The notes under the pieces were generated by a model, which had not been told where the DNA came from, made no database searches, and was given only the letters and a program-made list of their open reading frames with translations. From Basidiobolus ranarum (lineage: Eukaryota): a DNA stretch of 36,516 nucleotides. How positions within the stretch are numbered: position 1 is the stretch's first letter; each line of letters starts with the position of its first letter. The position numbers were made by a program, and so were the translations under genes. Shown in pieces: positions 1-15,000 of this stretch. The stretch covers positions 1 through 36,516 of the forward strand of contig JASJQH010000058.1 in assembly GCA_040143965.1 (NCBI GenBank), written 5' to 3'.

Positions 1-499
1 GAAGCCTATCCGATGGCGTAAATATGAGTGCACCATCGACGCAAGAGAGCAATCATTGTGGTAAGATTCCCAATAGGATCTTAGAAGAGTTTGAGCTGGT
101 CGATGAAACCCGCATCAGAGAAACCACAGGATCGAAGTCCATTTGTGGCGATTATGCCAGATATGGACTTATTCAAGTCCTATATGGATATGCGAATTGG
201 GTCAATATTTTCCCTAAATATATGCAAACTGAAGACCAAGACAGTACTCTAGTACCAATAGCGAATCGACTTCCAGGTGGAATACATTAACGGAAGTGTC
301 GCTTTGATCGTAGCAACGGATATTGGTGCTAGAACCCCTACCCCCTTCACGAGTTAAACCAACTGGTTAATGCGACCATTGTTTCGAGACCACCAAGTTT
401 CGAGGAGACGTGGGAAGGATTCACGGAGAAGAGCGTCTTGGTTGCTCTCAGACATCCAATGCAATGAGCTGTGCCACAATTTATTCCAATCCAAATGCA

Positions 500-1500
500 A
501 ACACTTATATTTCTATTGAATTGATCAACAAACACCTCCTAAGCCCTTCACGAAGAGAGTAGATATGAACATGGTGAGAATCCCATATTTAAGTAGCCTC
601 CAAGTCAATACGAACTGTCATACTGTATCGAGAAACCTGATATTCCTGACCAATGTTACTCACATCTCTGTGAGTGTCGGCGCCCATTTGCAGAGCCAGG
701 GCCAATCCCATGGTGATAGTATATGTCATTAGGTGGGTATTTGTTTGATTCATAGATAAAATCAATGCGAGCGTCTGGATTGCACTAGCAGCGCCATTTA
801 TTAACATGGAACATCTCAAACAGATTGGACAATTTTGCAATATCTGCACTTGTTCATGTATCGAAAGGAGCACAATTAGATACCAATTGGCAGTACCGAG
901 TGCAATAAGCATCATCGCATTTCTTATTTATATACTGTCTAGCGCCATTGTGCAATGTATATGATCATTGTGTCAAAACAAATGTGACACGAAACAAACC
1001 AATTTAAACAAGGGGTAGTTACAATGAGAGATATCCCAGCCAGAGCTCGTGCTTGTAATTTGCGCGGTGCATTTAATATCAACTCTAATTCGACTTTAGA
1101 TAGAAGGTCCTCGGAAATCCCAAGCTTCATTTAACTTTCACCCTTGATGGTTCCGCCATGGCAATCAAGGGCCTTGACCAAGACTGCTTCTATTGCGACG
1201 TATGCATCGTATTATTACAATATGGCATCAAGAGCTGGATGTTGTGGATTCCTTGCGGGGAGTTGTATTCTACCATTTTGGTGCACACTCTGTTGGCAGG
1301 CATGGATCAGATTGTCTTTACATACAATGAATAGCTCAGTATCTTGAGACGATCTGCTGGCATCTAGAAGGGTCTCGACCGGGGCTTGATTAATCGAAAA
1401 ACCTTCGAATAGTGGATAATCCAAATTAGAGATCTCGTTGAGATACGATTAATAAATCTCTTGTGTTGGCAATCGGGTAGGATCTTTAGGAATTTGTGAA
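500..1500 (-). pseudogene. Degenerate transposase relic, probably Kyakuja-Dileera-Zisupton (KDZ) family
   Basis: Minus-strand reading with stops and frameshifts gives, in order, ALDCHGGTI..ISE..SKV (~1165-1095), CDDAY (~920-905), FEMFHVNKWRC*CNP (~820-775) and QRCE*HWSGISGF (~670-632). This resembles the order C-x-G..SE / YDDAC / D-x-FH..WC..CNP / CEQ-x-W that I recall for KDZ catalytic domains. Boundaries approximate; no HMM search was possible. Confidence 0.4.
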
Positions 1501-4500
1501 TTCAGTATTTTAAATCACCTATCATTCCATAAACTATCGGGTTTTCATGGTTGGCTGAGTAACTTGAAGTGGCTTGCTGGCAAGAACCGCCAAGTATGCA
1601 AACTGGTTCTTGATCGAAGACATGCTATAATCAAACCTAGATCCATACCTTTCACAGCTTAATCTATTAACCTAAAAAATTCGCATGCATGCATGATAGG
1701 TAATTTATGCTCTACTCAGCAAGGGGTGTTGCTAAATTACAACCTACTCCTTGTTACGTAATAATGCTGAACACTCTCTTCATGAATCGAGCCTACCAGC
1801 CCATGATGAAATGGGCACTTGTTAAGCCACTCGGGCTGTGCGTGGGGGAATGGTCTCGTAATGGCAAATAGCCGAAAACTGTTGCTTGTTGGCAATATAA
1901 ATAGCAATATCAAAGAGACATATATTTAAGGGATGCAAAGACTTCATTACGTCAACCTATTAAGGTTTCGCATCTATCGATATTTGGTAGTATGGGTGGT
2001 GAGAGCATGGTGAATATAGCTAGAGTAGTATTACCAAAGTAAAACATGAAAACCGTTGTGCTGAATAAAGGAAACGGAAGTCAACATCCCCTTTTGAATT
2101 CGAGTTTACCCAATGGTACTATGAAGAATGCACATATTTACCATATGAGTTCACTATACATGAGGCCACTATTTAGGCTGAAAAAAGCATGGAAAACTTG
2201 GAGGAAAAGAAATGGATAATTCGCTCAACTCAAATAGGCTTGGGAATTACTAATTAAACTCTATAAGGGGAATAAGCTAAGGAACTCTCAATTGATACTG
2301 CTTAAACTCGAGATTAGAATGGTACATCCACGTGTTTGGGGATTAAAAGCGCCTTTGGCTACGATACTCTGTATACACAAGTGGATGAAGTCATTCCATT
2401 GGTTTGAGACAGTGGTTTAAGATTCTATTCCTGTATTTCCAATCGTTGCTACTGGTCGTTCAAGGATTATAATTCAAAACCATTCGGACACCGCTTCACT
2501 AAACAGCCATGTAGGCATCAAATCTCCGACGCACAAGAAAAGTACTCACCTATCAGTAGGGCACCCTAGGTATGACGGACATTTGTATATGGAAGAAAGT
2601 CGAAGAAAATGAAAATCTCAAGGTAGAAAGTATACAGTTACCATGCTATTGCGAGGATTCCTGGGGAAACTAAGCACGTAGACAATATATCATTTATTCA
2701 TGGAGAAGAAGCATCAGTATTTAGTATTATTGTAGAAATATCTTAAACTAAATGGTTTCGTTTTATTCCCAGCACTTGCGATTCTCTACACTCAGCGATC
2801 CAACTGTGGTTTGATAGGGAGCGAGGATCTTCGGGTGCCAAACCTTCAGATGTCTGTATTGTATAACGTTTCATAACAATAACACAAAGAATCGCGAATC
2901 AAATATTGTGGTTAGGTACATCTAACCCATTTAAGGAGTCATATACTCTGATAAGAGGGAAGGTACTTTCAAAGGTCAATATCCTGATCTTAGTACTGCA
3001 AGGTCTATTGTCTTTATTATCACTTCCTTTATACACCTAGTTATTTCGTATCTTGGTTAGTTAATATCTGCTATTTATATATCATTCGGTTCAAAATCAG
3101 AACACACATTTTGTATATATGAATAATCCAAAAATTAGCAAATCTGAACTTGAAATTTTAAAGTTAACTAAAGCAATATACAGCTTCTATATATTTTGAA
3201 CACATTCACATGGTTCTGCTTTGTCCTACCTTCAAATTTGTAAAAACCCTACTCTAATCGTTGAATTACACTCGAGGAACATTTTCAGCAATGTAATAGA
3301 TAAAGCTTGTTTGTACTTCTTTCAAGTACAGAGCTTTTCTATACCAACTAATACCCTAAAGATTAAATAAGGGAATGAGCAGACTTTCAATTGTATTTTG
3401 TCAGCTGGACTATCAGTCATGTATCCAGACTCTATTCAGTATGTGAAAACATTTATGCATAAAAAACCTATGACATCTCTTAAGATCTTTGAGCATACAT
3501 AATGAAGGGTGTTTTGTGTCATTCCTTCTAATTTGTAATGAATTGATAAAAATTTTATTCAATTGATATAATCATTAACGAAGCTGAGGGGAAGATAGCA
3601 TATGAAGTAGTAACAATGTTAGTCAATGTAAATTTCCCAAAGTTATTAGTGTTTGGGATGAATTGCAAGCGTTTAGGATAATTTGAAGAATGTATTCTAA
3701 ATTGTATTGAATTGTAAGATGGTTTTTATAAGTTGTAAAGAGCAATAGCAACAGGACAGTGTTCCTAAGTCATAAACATTAAGCATGATAAACATGAATG
3801 CAAATATGTAGGTGCTTAATTTAAATACTTCAACAGTTCTAAGGACACCGTAAGTTGTAATAGTAAAAACCCGATCTGGAGCATAAAAATCCCAGTCTCC
3901 ACTTGATTGTGTCTGTAATGGTATGTTATAAAACATGGATTCTTTTGAAGCTGTATTTGTTCATTGAGTATCGAATCAAGCACTACATTATGGTTATATA
4001 GTAATGTCTACTGAAAATGGCAAAAATGGTAAATAAATCCAATAATTGAAGATTAAAGTGAAATGAATATATTTTTGATCTTCCACACATAATATAATAA
4101 GGGCAGTTGAACGTTGTTGCCATTCCTGATGCTATTTAGAGACAAATAAATCCAACATTTGCCTTGCATCATGATTGTTTTCTCTTTCGATCGTATGTTG
4201 CAAAAATATCGCAGAAGGAGCAATTATAGGTGATCTGACTCGGCTTTTTAAAGAAGTGTATTTCTAAGGTATTTCAATGCATCTTAATGGGATCCACTTA
4301 ATCATGTAGTCCGGGATATTTGCTGAAAAGACGACAACAGACAAGGAACGATAAAGAAAAGGAGAAAGATTACTTAAAAAAATAGAAATCGCTGGTTTTA
4401 TTGTATGGATAAAACGAATGAAGAGCTGCTTTACAAATTACCCAGCACAATTCAAAAGCCGAAGAGAAAAAGATAAAGTAGAGAGACTTTGGAGTTCAGA

Positions 4501-4566
4501 TTAAAGTGAGGAATGATGGGTATACAACGATGGTCTCTTTGAAACTCTACAAGACATTTTAGAGTT

Positions 4567-6812
<2,246 letters not shown>

Positions 6813-8507
6813 TATATTAAGCTCAAATAATATTTATTGAAGTTAAGAGAGCAGGCTTTGAAATTCAAGGTAAATATCTCAAAAGTATGGCAAGGTTAGG
6901 GGAAAGGTAAACAAAGTAAGATATCATAGCAATGGTCAGTATATTGAATGCAATCAGCCAAATGAATACTCCGAGCCACTTACGGAAATTCCAAATTATT
7001 AGTCGTTAATGGGATCTTAGTATGCCATCACAACTCTCATTAAAGAAAATTAAGAATCACCTGTCATATGGCATAGACAGCATCAAGCTGTAACAACATC
7101 GCTTATTGAAGTGTCTTTGTAATTGTGAATATATATTTCTTACTGAAAACAGGCTCAATTCTCTCAGTCAACCTGCTGCTCTAAACAACTGTAAAAAGGT
7201 GCAGTCGATCCCGTAACACGACAACAAGAAAGGATCACACCAGACGCTAAGTCTGGTCATAACCCAAAATGATGTTTGCTGGTAAGGCAGCATCTCATCC
7301 ACTACCAAGTAGCTATATATACATCATTAAAGTAAGCCAACCAATACGATTTGGCAACTTTTAAATAACCACCGCACCATGAAGCCACTACCAAATAGGC
7401 ACCCATTACTCTGCTTGACTCACCTGATGTAAACAAATCTACCAACTCTTATACCACGTACAATCATCAGCGTGACACCTTGATTCTCTGAGCCCCGGCT
7501 ACACGAAAGAGTTTCGAGACGACAGTTCTCTTAAGACACTGAGAGTAACACTGGTTTCACATTGAAACGCTAACAAGTACGGTGGAAAGCATCAACTCTT
7601 TCCGCTATCACCTCAAAGCAATGAAACGAGACTAACTAAAGCTTTCGTTTAGAGTTCAATGCCCATCAAGGCTAAGCTGTGTATTTGCCCGCTCTTGTGA
7701 AACGCTCATTGGGGCTTTCAGCAATATAATTAATACTTTTGAAACGAGATCGGTCCGATTTGTTTATGCCAGGATCTCCATCTATGAGCTCTGCCACCTC
7801 ATAGAGTACTGATGCAGAGTTTCGTCATGAATGAGGGTGTCTGAGTGACAATTAATTGATCTGGGCTCGCATACACACTCAATATTGGTCAGACCTCCCA
7901 AGTGTTCGATGATTCTGCTAATTTGAGGTGGCCAATAGAGATCGATTAAATTTGAATCGCCGTCCAGGCTACCGAATAATATTGAACTATCTAGTTCAAT
8001 TTTTGGAATTAAACAATCTTCTAGCTGAATGCCGATTCGCTGGTTCAATGTTTATTAAAAGGACTCGGAAGTTAATTGTTCAGAGGGGAAAATTTCCGTA
8101 GAACTTGTCCACGAAACTTGGTAAACAATCAAGGTTAATTAACCGCTTTTTGGATTTTAGGCCCAGCTCATCAGACTTTCTCAAATATTGTCTCCATTTC
8201 CCCTTATTATTTATTGTTTCTCTTAGTTTCAAGTTTGCCATCATTTCTATTTTTTTTTTAAACAATCCACTCAACTCTCTTTAAGAATCTGGCCAAATTC
8301 CTCGACAAGCTAATTTTACAGCTCTTCGCGCTCCACTATTCCCACATCACACATCACTTCTTTAGAGATAAACTCTCCCATCACACCCGTTCTTCTGCCA
8401 GTTTAACTTGACACTCTTGTACTTGGGTTATTTTAATCTTCCTTCTTTTACTCGCTACACGTTAGCTTCTTATTTACGACACCAACTTTCCTTGTCATAT
8501 CTCCCAG

Positions 8508-9091
8508 ATGGGTCTCCTTCAGAAATGCAATTGCTTTGGCATTAACGATGACGATGTGTTACTCTCTGAAATGCCAAACAGATACGGACAAGCTCCCAGA
8601 CCCAACGACAAAAGACCCAGACGTAAAATCGATAAAAGCGCCATAGGCAAGCCATCAAACTTTCAGGTGACATTTCAATGTAGCCCTGTCTATTAGAAAG
8701 CATCGACTAACTGTTAGTTTATTTATTCTCTCTAGCATACAGGTCATATAGGTATAGGCGAAGTACGAAGCGGAATAGTTGATCGAGTAGACGTAAGCTT
8801 TTCACTTTGTTATTATGTTCCTGAACCTGTTTACTCAATACCGTTTTCATCAAACAGCCTGAAAAGATCAAGAAGCAAATGGCGGAAATCGCAGCGGTAT
8901 TGAATTTCGACGATACGTTAGGCCCCGAAACTGAGCTCAATCCCAGTAAAAAATTATCTATAACTGAGGACAAACATTCTCAAGCGAACGTTCCACCATC
9001 AAAAGACGACTTCCATGTGGTAATATATATGTGACTATTTATCGATTGAGAGTATTCCTGATAATAACATCCCTGATCCATTGTTTAGTAA
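8508..9091 (+). CDS. Small CRIB-domain protein, CDC42 small effector (SPEC/CDC42SE)-like, ~125-130 aa
   Basis: Exon 1 MGLLQKCNCFG..KRPRRKIDKSAIGKPSNFQ splices to exon 2 HTGHIGIGEVRSGIVDRVD, completing a CRIB motif (IGKPSNFQHTGHIG). Exon 3 is PEKIKKQMAEIAAVL..DFHV. The stop is either TGA at 9034 (unspliced) or TAA at 9091 (spliced). Confidence 0.85.
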
Positions 9092-9892
9092 TATCAAAGT
9101 CAACAGCAACGACAAACTACCTAATTCGTTGTAAGGTGCACCTTCTACTCTGCCCGGTTTTATATCTCTTCCTAACTAGTTACCGTATGTTTATCACCCA
9201 ACAATTATGACAAGCACCACCTTCAACCACCTTTATAAATCCTGGTAATTATTTCATCCAGAATTTTGACCTTTATTTGTAGAGCCGTGGTGTTTTTCTT
9301 TGGTCTATGCAAATGCCAAACCGAGTATATTCCCAATCCTCCACTTTCTTCACCTACAGACACCCCTACTACCTTCATAATAGAAACGACAAAACGTTAT
9401 AACTGGAGTTTCAGTTATTAGTCGATTGATTGTTTTCTTTTCGAGCTATTTTGAAGAAGTCCATTGCATGCGAAATTGTAATCGATGTATTACATGTTTA
9501 TAAATAACTCCAAAAGGCCGTATTTTTAATTGCACAATAATCCAATGCATTCTTATGTATACCTTATAGTTATGATACTCAATCGAATGGCCGAGCCAAA
9601 CAAACAAATTATTTTATCCCCAGACAGCTACCCATGCAATGAAAAATTGTAATGTGAAGCAGACCGATATGGCTAGTATTCATAACATCTTGATCGGAAG
9701 AAAAATATTTATTTACGTAGATGACGTAAACTATTGATAGTAGCTAAATTAGGGAATTCACTACGGGTTGCAAATTTTCGATTGGGATTTATTGAATACA
9801 CTTTAGTATTGGTACACAACCAGGAGCAACTGCTTGAGAACAAAGCAGTTTAGACATTTATTTTATATCTAATACCCTCCCTTTAAGAACTG

Positions 9893-11285
9893 ATGAGCTT
9901 TATTAAAGTTATACACTCTCAACCGGAGTACCAACAACTCTTAAACTCCACTGCGCCTACCAAACTGGTACTATGCTTTTCCATTGACTTTTTATGTTGA
10001 AGATATCATTTACACCTATTCTATTCTAGGTTGTTGTAGACTTCACTGCCAAATGTAAAACCTCGTATTATTATTTATGATACTTTAGACGATTCGAGTT
10101 AATATTTCCTTTTTTTAAGGGTGTCAGCCATGTCAAATCATCGCACCCATCTTTAACAATCTCAGCTCAAAATATAGAAATGTAATTTTTGCTAAAGTTG
10201 ATGTTGATGATGTTCAGGTAAGTTTTCTTCCTCCACGTCAAAACTCCTCACTAGGTTTTTAACTGTTTGGGACGATGATGATTTTTAGGAAGTTGCTCAA
10301 GCTGCTGGAGTTAGTTCTATGTATGTTTTCAAATTTTACCTGTTGGTCACAAGAAACCATTTTTCTTACTAATCATGTGTACTCCTGTATTTAGGCCAAC
10401 TTTCCAAGTATTTCCTCATAGTTATATATCGTTGAATGTTTTGTACCATGGTGTTGATTTCTCTCCTGATATTCATAGCTCTTCAAGAATAAGGCCAAGA
10501 TCGCCGAGTTAAAAGGGGCTAATCCTCAACAACTGGAAGCACTTATCATTGAACACCAAGGAGAACCAGAAGAAGATTCTAATCATATCAATATCCCCGG
10601 ACATGTACGTAACATAAAAAGTATTGATGGTGAATATTTTAGCAATTACTAAAAACACTTAATGTAGTCGGACATCACGGAGTTTATCACACTCAACCAA
10701 CTGGAGTGTCTTAACCAAAAATCTGACCATAGTGTGCGCAATATATTTAAAAAGGATGCTGCTTACTTGGAAAGTGATGTTGATGAACAATTGATTATTG
10801 CCGTTTCTTTCAACCAACCAGTTAAACTTCATTCTATCAAGTTGATCGCACCTAAAGGTAATGTGATCAGGGTTTTCAAAGGATCTTCAAATGGGTTTCA
10901 ATCCACTAATAATCCCATCGAAATGTACAGAGTTCGCACCTAAAACCATCAAATTATTCTGTAACCGATTGACCCTTGGTTTCGACGAGGCAGATGATAT
11001 TCAAGAAACTCAAATGTTGGAGTTGACCGAAGAGGATTACGAAGAAAACGCAGTGATTCCCTTACGTTTTGTTAAATTCCAAAACGTCTCCAGTGTTATT
11101 GTAAGTCAATATTTCATGGAATTTCTCGTAAGCTATCCATTCTAACTAGATACCACTTAATCTAGCTATTCATCGAAGATAATCTTGGTGAGGAGGAGAC
11201 CACTAAAATACAGCAATTGGTGTTTGTTGGTTCTCCCATCGAAACTACCAAGATGGGGGATTTAAAGAATCAACACGCCCACTGA
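9893..11285 (+). CDS. TXNL1: Thioredoxin-like protein 1 (N-terminal thioredoxin + C-terminal PITH domain), 9 exons
   Basis: Spliced: MSFIKVIH..VVVDFTAKWCQPCQIIAPIF..FAKVDVD..SMPTFQLFKN..GANPQQLE.. then PITH: QLECLNQ..YLESDVDEQLII..FNQPVKLHSIK..PKTIKLF..IPLRFVKFQNVSSVILFIEDNLGEEETTKIQQLVFVGSP; ATG 9893, TGA 11283-11285. Confidence 0.93.
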
Positions 11286-12029
11286 GCATTTGTTCTACCT
11301 ACGCTTGTCCACTCTTATTCTATATAATAAATCGATCTTTGGCCCCGGTAGCTTTATCGTTCAAAATTACAATGTCAATTCCAAGCTCTTCTGTTCAGCC
11401 TTTAAATCATTGGTACACTCTTGGAATCGAACACAATCCAGGGTCAAGGTGTCTTTTTGGTTGGCCATGAATGGGGAGGTGACTTTACATGTTGAAACAA
11501 GGTTAGAGTGTTTGACATCTATACTACCTTATTGATCAATATACATGGTTGCCGAGACATTGTGTATATATCATATATTTTCGAATATGTCAATATAATG
11601 AGACAATGGTAGTGGTTCTTCATGGATCCAATTTCAAATTCATTACGTAAAAATAGCCCGGAGGAAGCACCATTTCACACAAAGACCATTACAGGTTTTA
11701 GATGATGTGAGGACCTCAAGGGTAATGACTTTGTATCATATTCACCCAGTTCAAATATTATACTCGCATTACATTCATACATGGGAACTAGTATTAACAG
11801 CACATTAGATTACTGTTATCTACAAGTTTTGTAACATGGTTGCGTTGGTGTTAAGTGTGGATCTAATGTTTCGCTGACTTCTATAGACTTGAAACACATA
11901 TAAATGATTGGTTGGGAAAACTAGTTCTCAAATCCAACATGAGAAGTTGGTTTTTCTAATATTTATTTGGATTTGAGAAACAAAAATGGTTTTAGGTTCT
12001 CTTCCGGTCTTTTGGATCATTGTGTACCT

Positions 12030-15000
12030 CTATCTGTATAGAGATGATCTTTTCTCCAGTTCTTTGTGTAAATTCTTGAATACGGTGGACCAGTTGCCGG
12101 TACAGTGATGGATCGTTTCATTTACAACTCCTTGGTTCTCCTGTAAGAGTTGTTTGAGTCATTATTGTTATTAAGTGGCATAGAGTGATTGAATTGAATA
12201 GAACATGCGACTAACCTTGTTGGAGACAAATTCGATAGGTATATTTGTGAGCTGTGTTAAGTATTTGGTTTTGGATTTAGGAGTAGTTGCTTCACTAAGT
12301 CCCTTGAGATGTTGTTTGAACTCTCTGGACGAAGTTTTACTTTCTTCGATGAACTTTTCGATGGCTTTGGTGGTATTGGCATCCTACGAGTTTTCAATAA
12401 GTTAATACAAAGCAAACACCATAGTATCAATCATATCAGTAGGTTTACCAAGGTGCGGTTGACTTGCTTCTTGCCTTTGGTAGCGGTATACTTTTGAAGA
12501 GTACTCAACGCGAAATTCAAATAATTGAAAACCTAGCAACATAATGAGTTTAGTTAAGTTGATTGATCCGGTGTTTCAAGTGCTTCTAGCCTATCCTATC
12601 TAACCTCAAGGTATCCAGTAATAGTTCTAACGAGTGACCCGGGAATAGCCGAGGTAGATTCCTTAATAGTTAGAAGTGATTCTGCATGGTAAAGTCAATT
12701 TTGTTAGCTTATTTGAGTAGGCACAGCTCCAGTGACTTCAATGTTCTCACCTTGAACTAAACTGATTACCCCGTCAAGTTCTTTCTCAATATCTATGGTT
12801 GGACATGTAATTAATCGTATGTATTTACACTGGCGACATTCACTTACAGAGACTTACCGATACCAAGATCTGCACCAGCAGTTTGTCCGATCACTCTGGC
12901 TAAACTGATCAGAACTCTGGTTGTCAATATATCGTTGCTGGATAGACTCTAGAAAAATAAAAGAAACATCAGCATTGCAACTATGACCAGAGGTGGAGGT
13001 AAATGTACAAACGTCTTTATCGGATCGTTCTTGATCGTGTTGCTTCAAAATAGACTCTAGTAGCCCAGTAGTCCCAACAATGGTAAGTTCTTTGTCGTCA
13101 TTAGCAATGGCACTTAAAACAGCAGGGACTATAGAACGGAGTTTCAACCAAAGAGCCTGTGGGTGGTTGGTGTTATTTATATGAGCATTGCTAAATATGT
13201 GCAGTATGGTTATTTACCCCTCTTTGAGGATTTGGCTTAGTAAGGGTTTCCACAGTTACTTCAGAGCGTGGATTCCAGTTAGCGAACGCTTCAAAATCTC
13301 TATTATCGCAAAGTGAATTGCAAAAGTCATCTAATTGAGAGTTTGAGAAACAACGAGGTAAAACGTAAGATTTTCAGAGAGGAGTACTTTACCATCATAT
13401 TTCAATGCGCTGACATCAAAATCACTGAAGTAGCTCTTGAGATTGTCAAGTGAGGTTATCCCAGAGAGTTCTTCCTGAATCAGACTGCGATCAAGGAGGT
13501 GTCTTTGTAGAGAGTCGTCGAGTCTTTTACGGAAATCAATGAATTCTTCAATCTATGAAAAGGGTTCTAGCACACATGTTTCTATTACAAAATTCGGTGT
13601 GGGTAATACTCTACCTTTGAGTAAGTGCCATATTTATAGGCTTGAACAATCATTTCAGGAGTCTATTAAAGATACAAAACATCTCAGCACTAACACACGC
13701 TACCTTTGATAGATTACGTCTACAACATACCTCGGTCGCATTGCTACTATAGATACCCAAAGACTCATAAATAACTCCAACTAGTTGCTCAGAAAGTCCG
13801 AGATCGGCGCCTGATTCAACAATCATGTGACTTTGAACGATTTAGTTTGCGTTTGATAGGAAGAACCATAATATTCGATCACAATACCTTAAAGTATCCA
13901 ATTGAATATGTTTGATATCCATACTTTTGTAGAGTTCGAGACCACGTTGGAATACACCCAAGATTTGATATAATCGAATGGCCAAGAACTTAAATTGGAA
14001 GTTATATATGCTCTTCTTTAAGGCATTCTCAAGAAGTACCAGAGCTTGAAACAAAAAGCCAGGGTCATCTAGGGAGGGAAACGAATTGTTACAGCAAGAA
14101 AAAGCCGACAAAAAAGTAAGAACATGCGCGTACCAGATCTTTTCCAGGTATCCACTAAAGTATGTGTGGCAAGCAGAATATAATCGTCACCATATTGCTT
14201 CTCGGTTTCTTCCAGGCCACGACCTATGCAGAGCAACATCATATTGTTAATACACTAAGAGGGCATTGCCATCCGTATAGGAATTGTAATTACCATACTC
14301 CAAAGCTGCGGTGTACGCTTTGACGAGCTCATTGACATGTTCAACCGCTTGTTCCGTGGAGAATTCAGAGTAAAGACCCACATAACGCTCGACCTTCTTT
14401 ATATTAATGTTTCTTTGAATATTCTTGATACTATTGGATTTGTCATCCTTTTCAATCTTGGGGACTGAATCCATGAACCTCTTGATGATCTCTTGAGCTT
14501 GCTCCTTAGGTACCAAATTCAAATAAGGCTGGAGATCCTCGAAACAGCAGAATTTGGATCCGAACTTGTCAAAATATTGAACAATCAACTCAATCAGATG
14601 CGAATTGTCGGTAACTAAAGATGAGGTTGAGCATGAGCAGCTTGGATATTCACTATATGAATAGAACTTACCGGTTCCTTCGTTGATCAGTTCCTTTTCA
14701 AACTCCAGCATGCTAAGGAAGGGGCCACGTTTGGGGCTTGAAGTAGCAGAGGCTTTCGCAACAAATTCGCCCAAAAACTTCTTCGCTTCTTCAATTCTTC
14801 GTTTTCAGGTAAATCACGTAAGGACAAATTTGTAAAGTTAAACTGGAACGATAAAATAAGCTTACAGATCATTTTTCTTCTCGGGGTTGGCTTTGACAAT
14901 ATTCATCAAAGAACTAAAGTAGTACTGATAATGGTTCCAATCATCGTAGCTATAATGATTACAATGTTAACATTCACTATCCTCAACAATCGAATCGCCT

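Noticed and set aside
24-290. 88-aa + strand ORF
   Set aside because: No recognisable similarity; probably chance or part of the adjacent decayed element.
1500-4300. Possible TET/JBP cargo or other gene next to the KDZ relic
   Set aside because: No HxD...H...R dioxygenase pattern or sustained reading frame found.
7200-8050. Coding-like stretch between kinase and CRIB gene (YELCHLIEY, a strong minus-strand splice donor, 88-aa ORF)
   Set aside because: No coherent gene model or family motif could be built.
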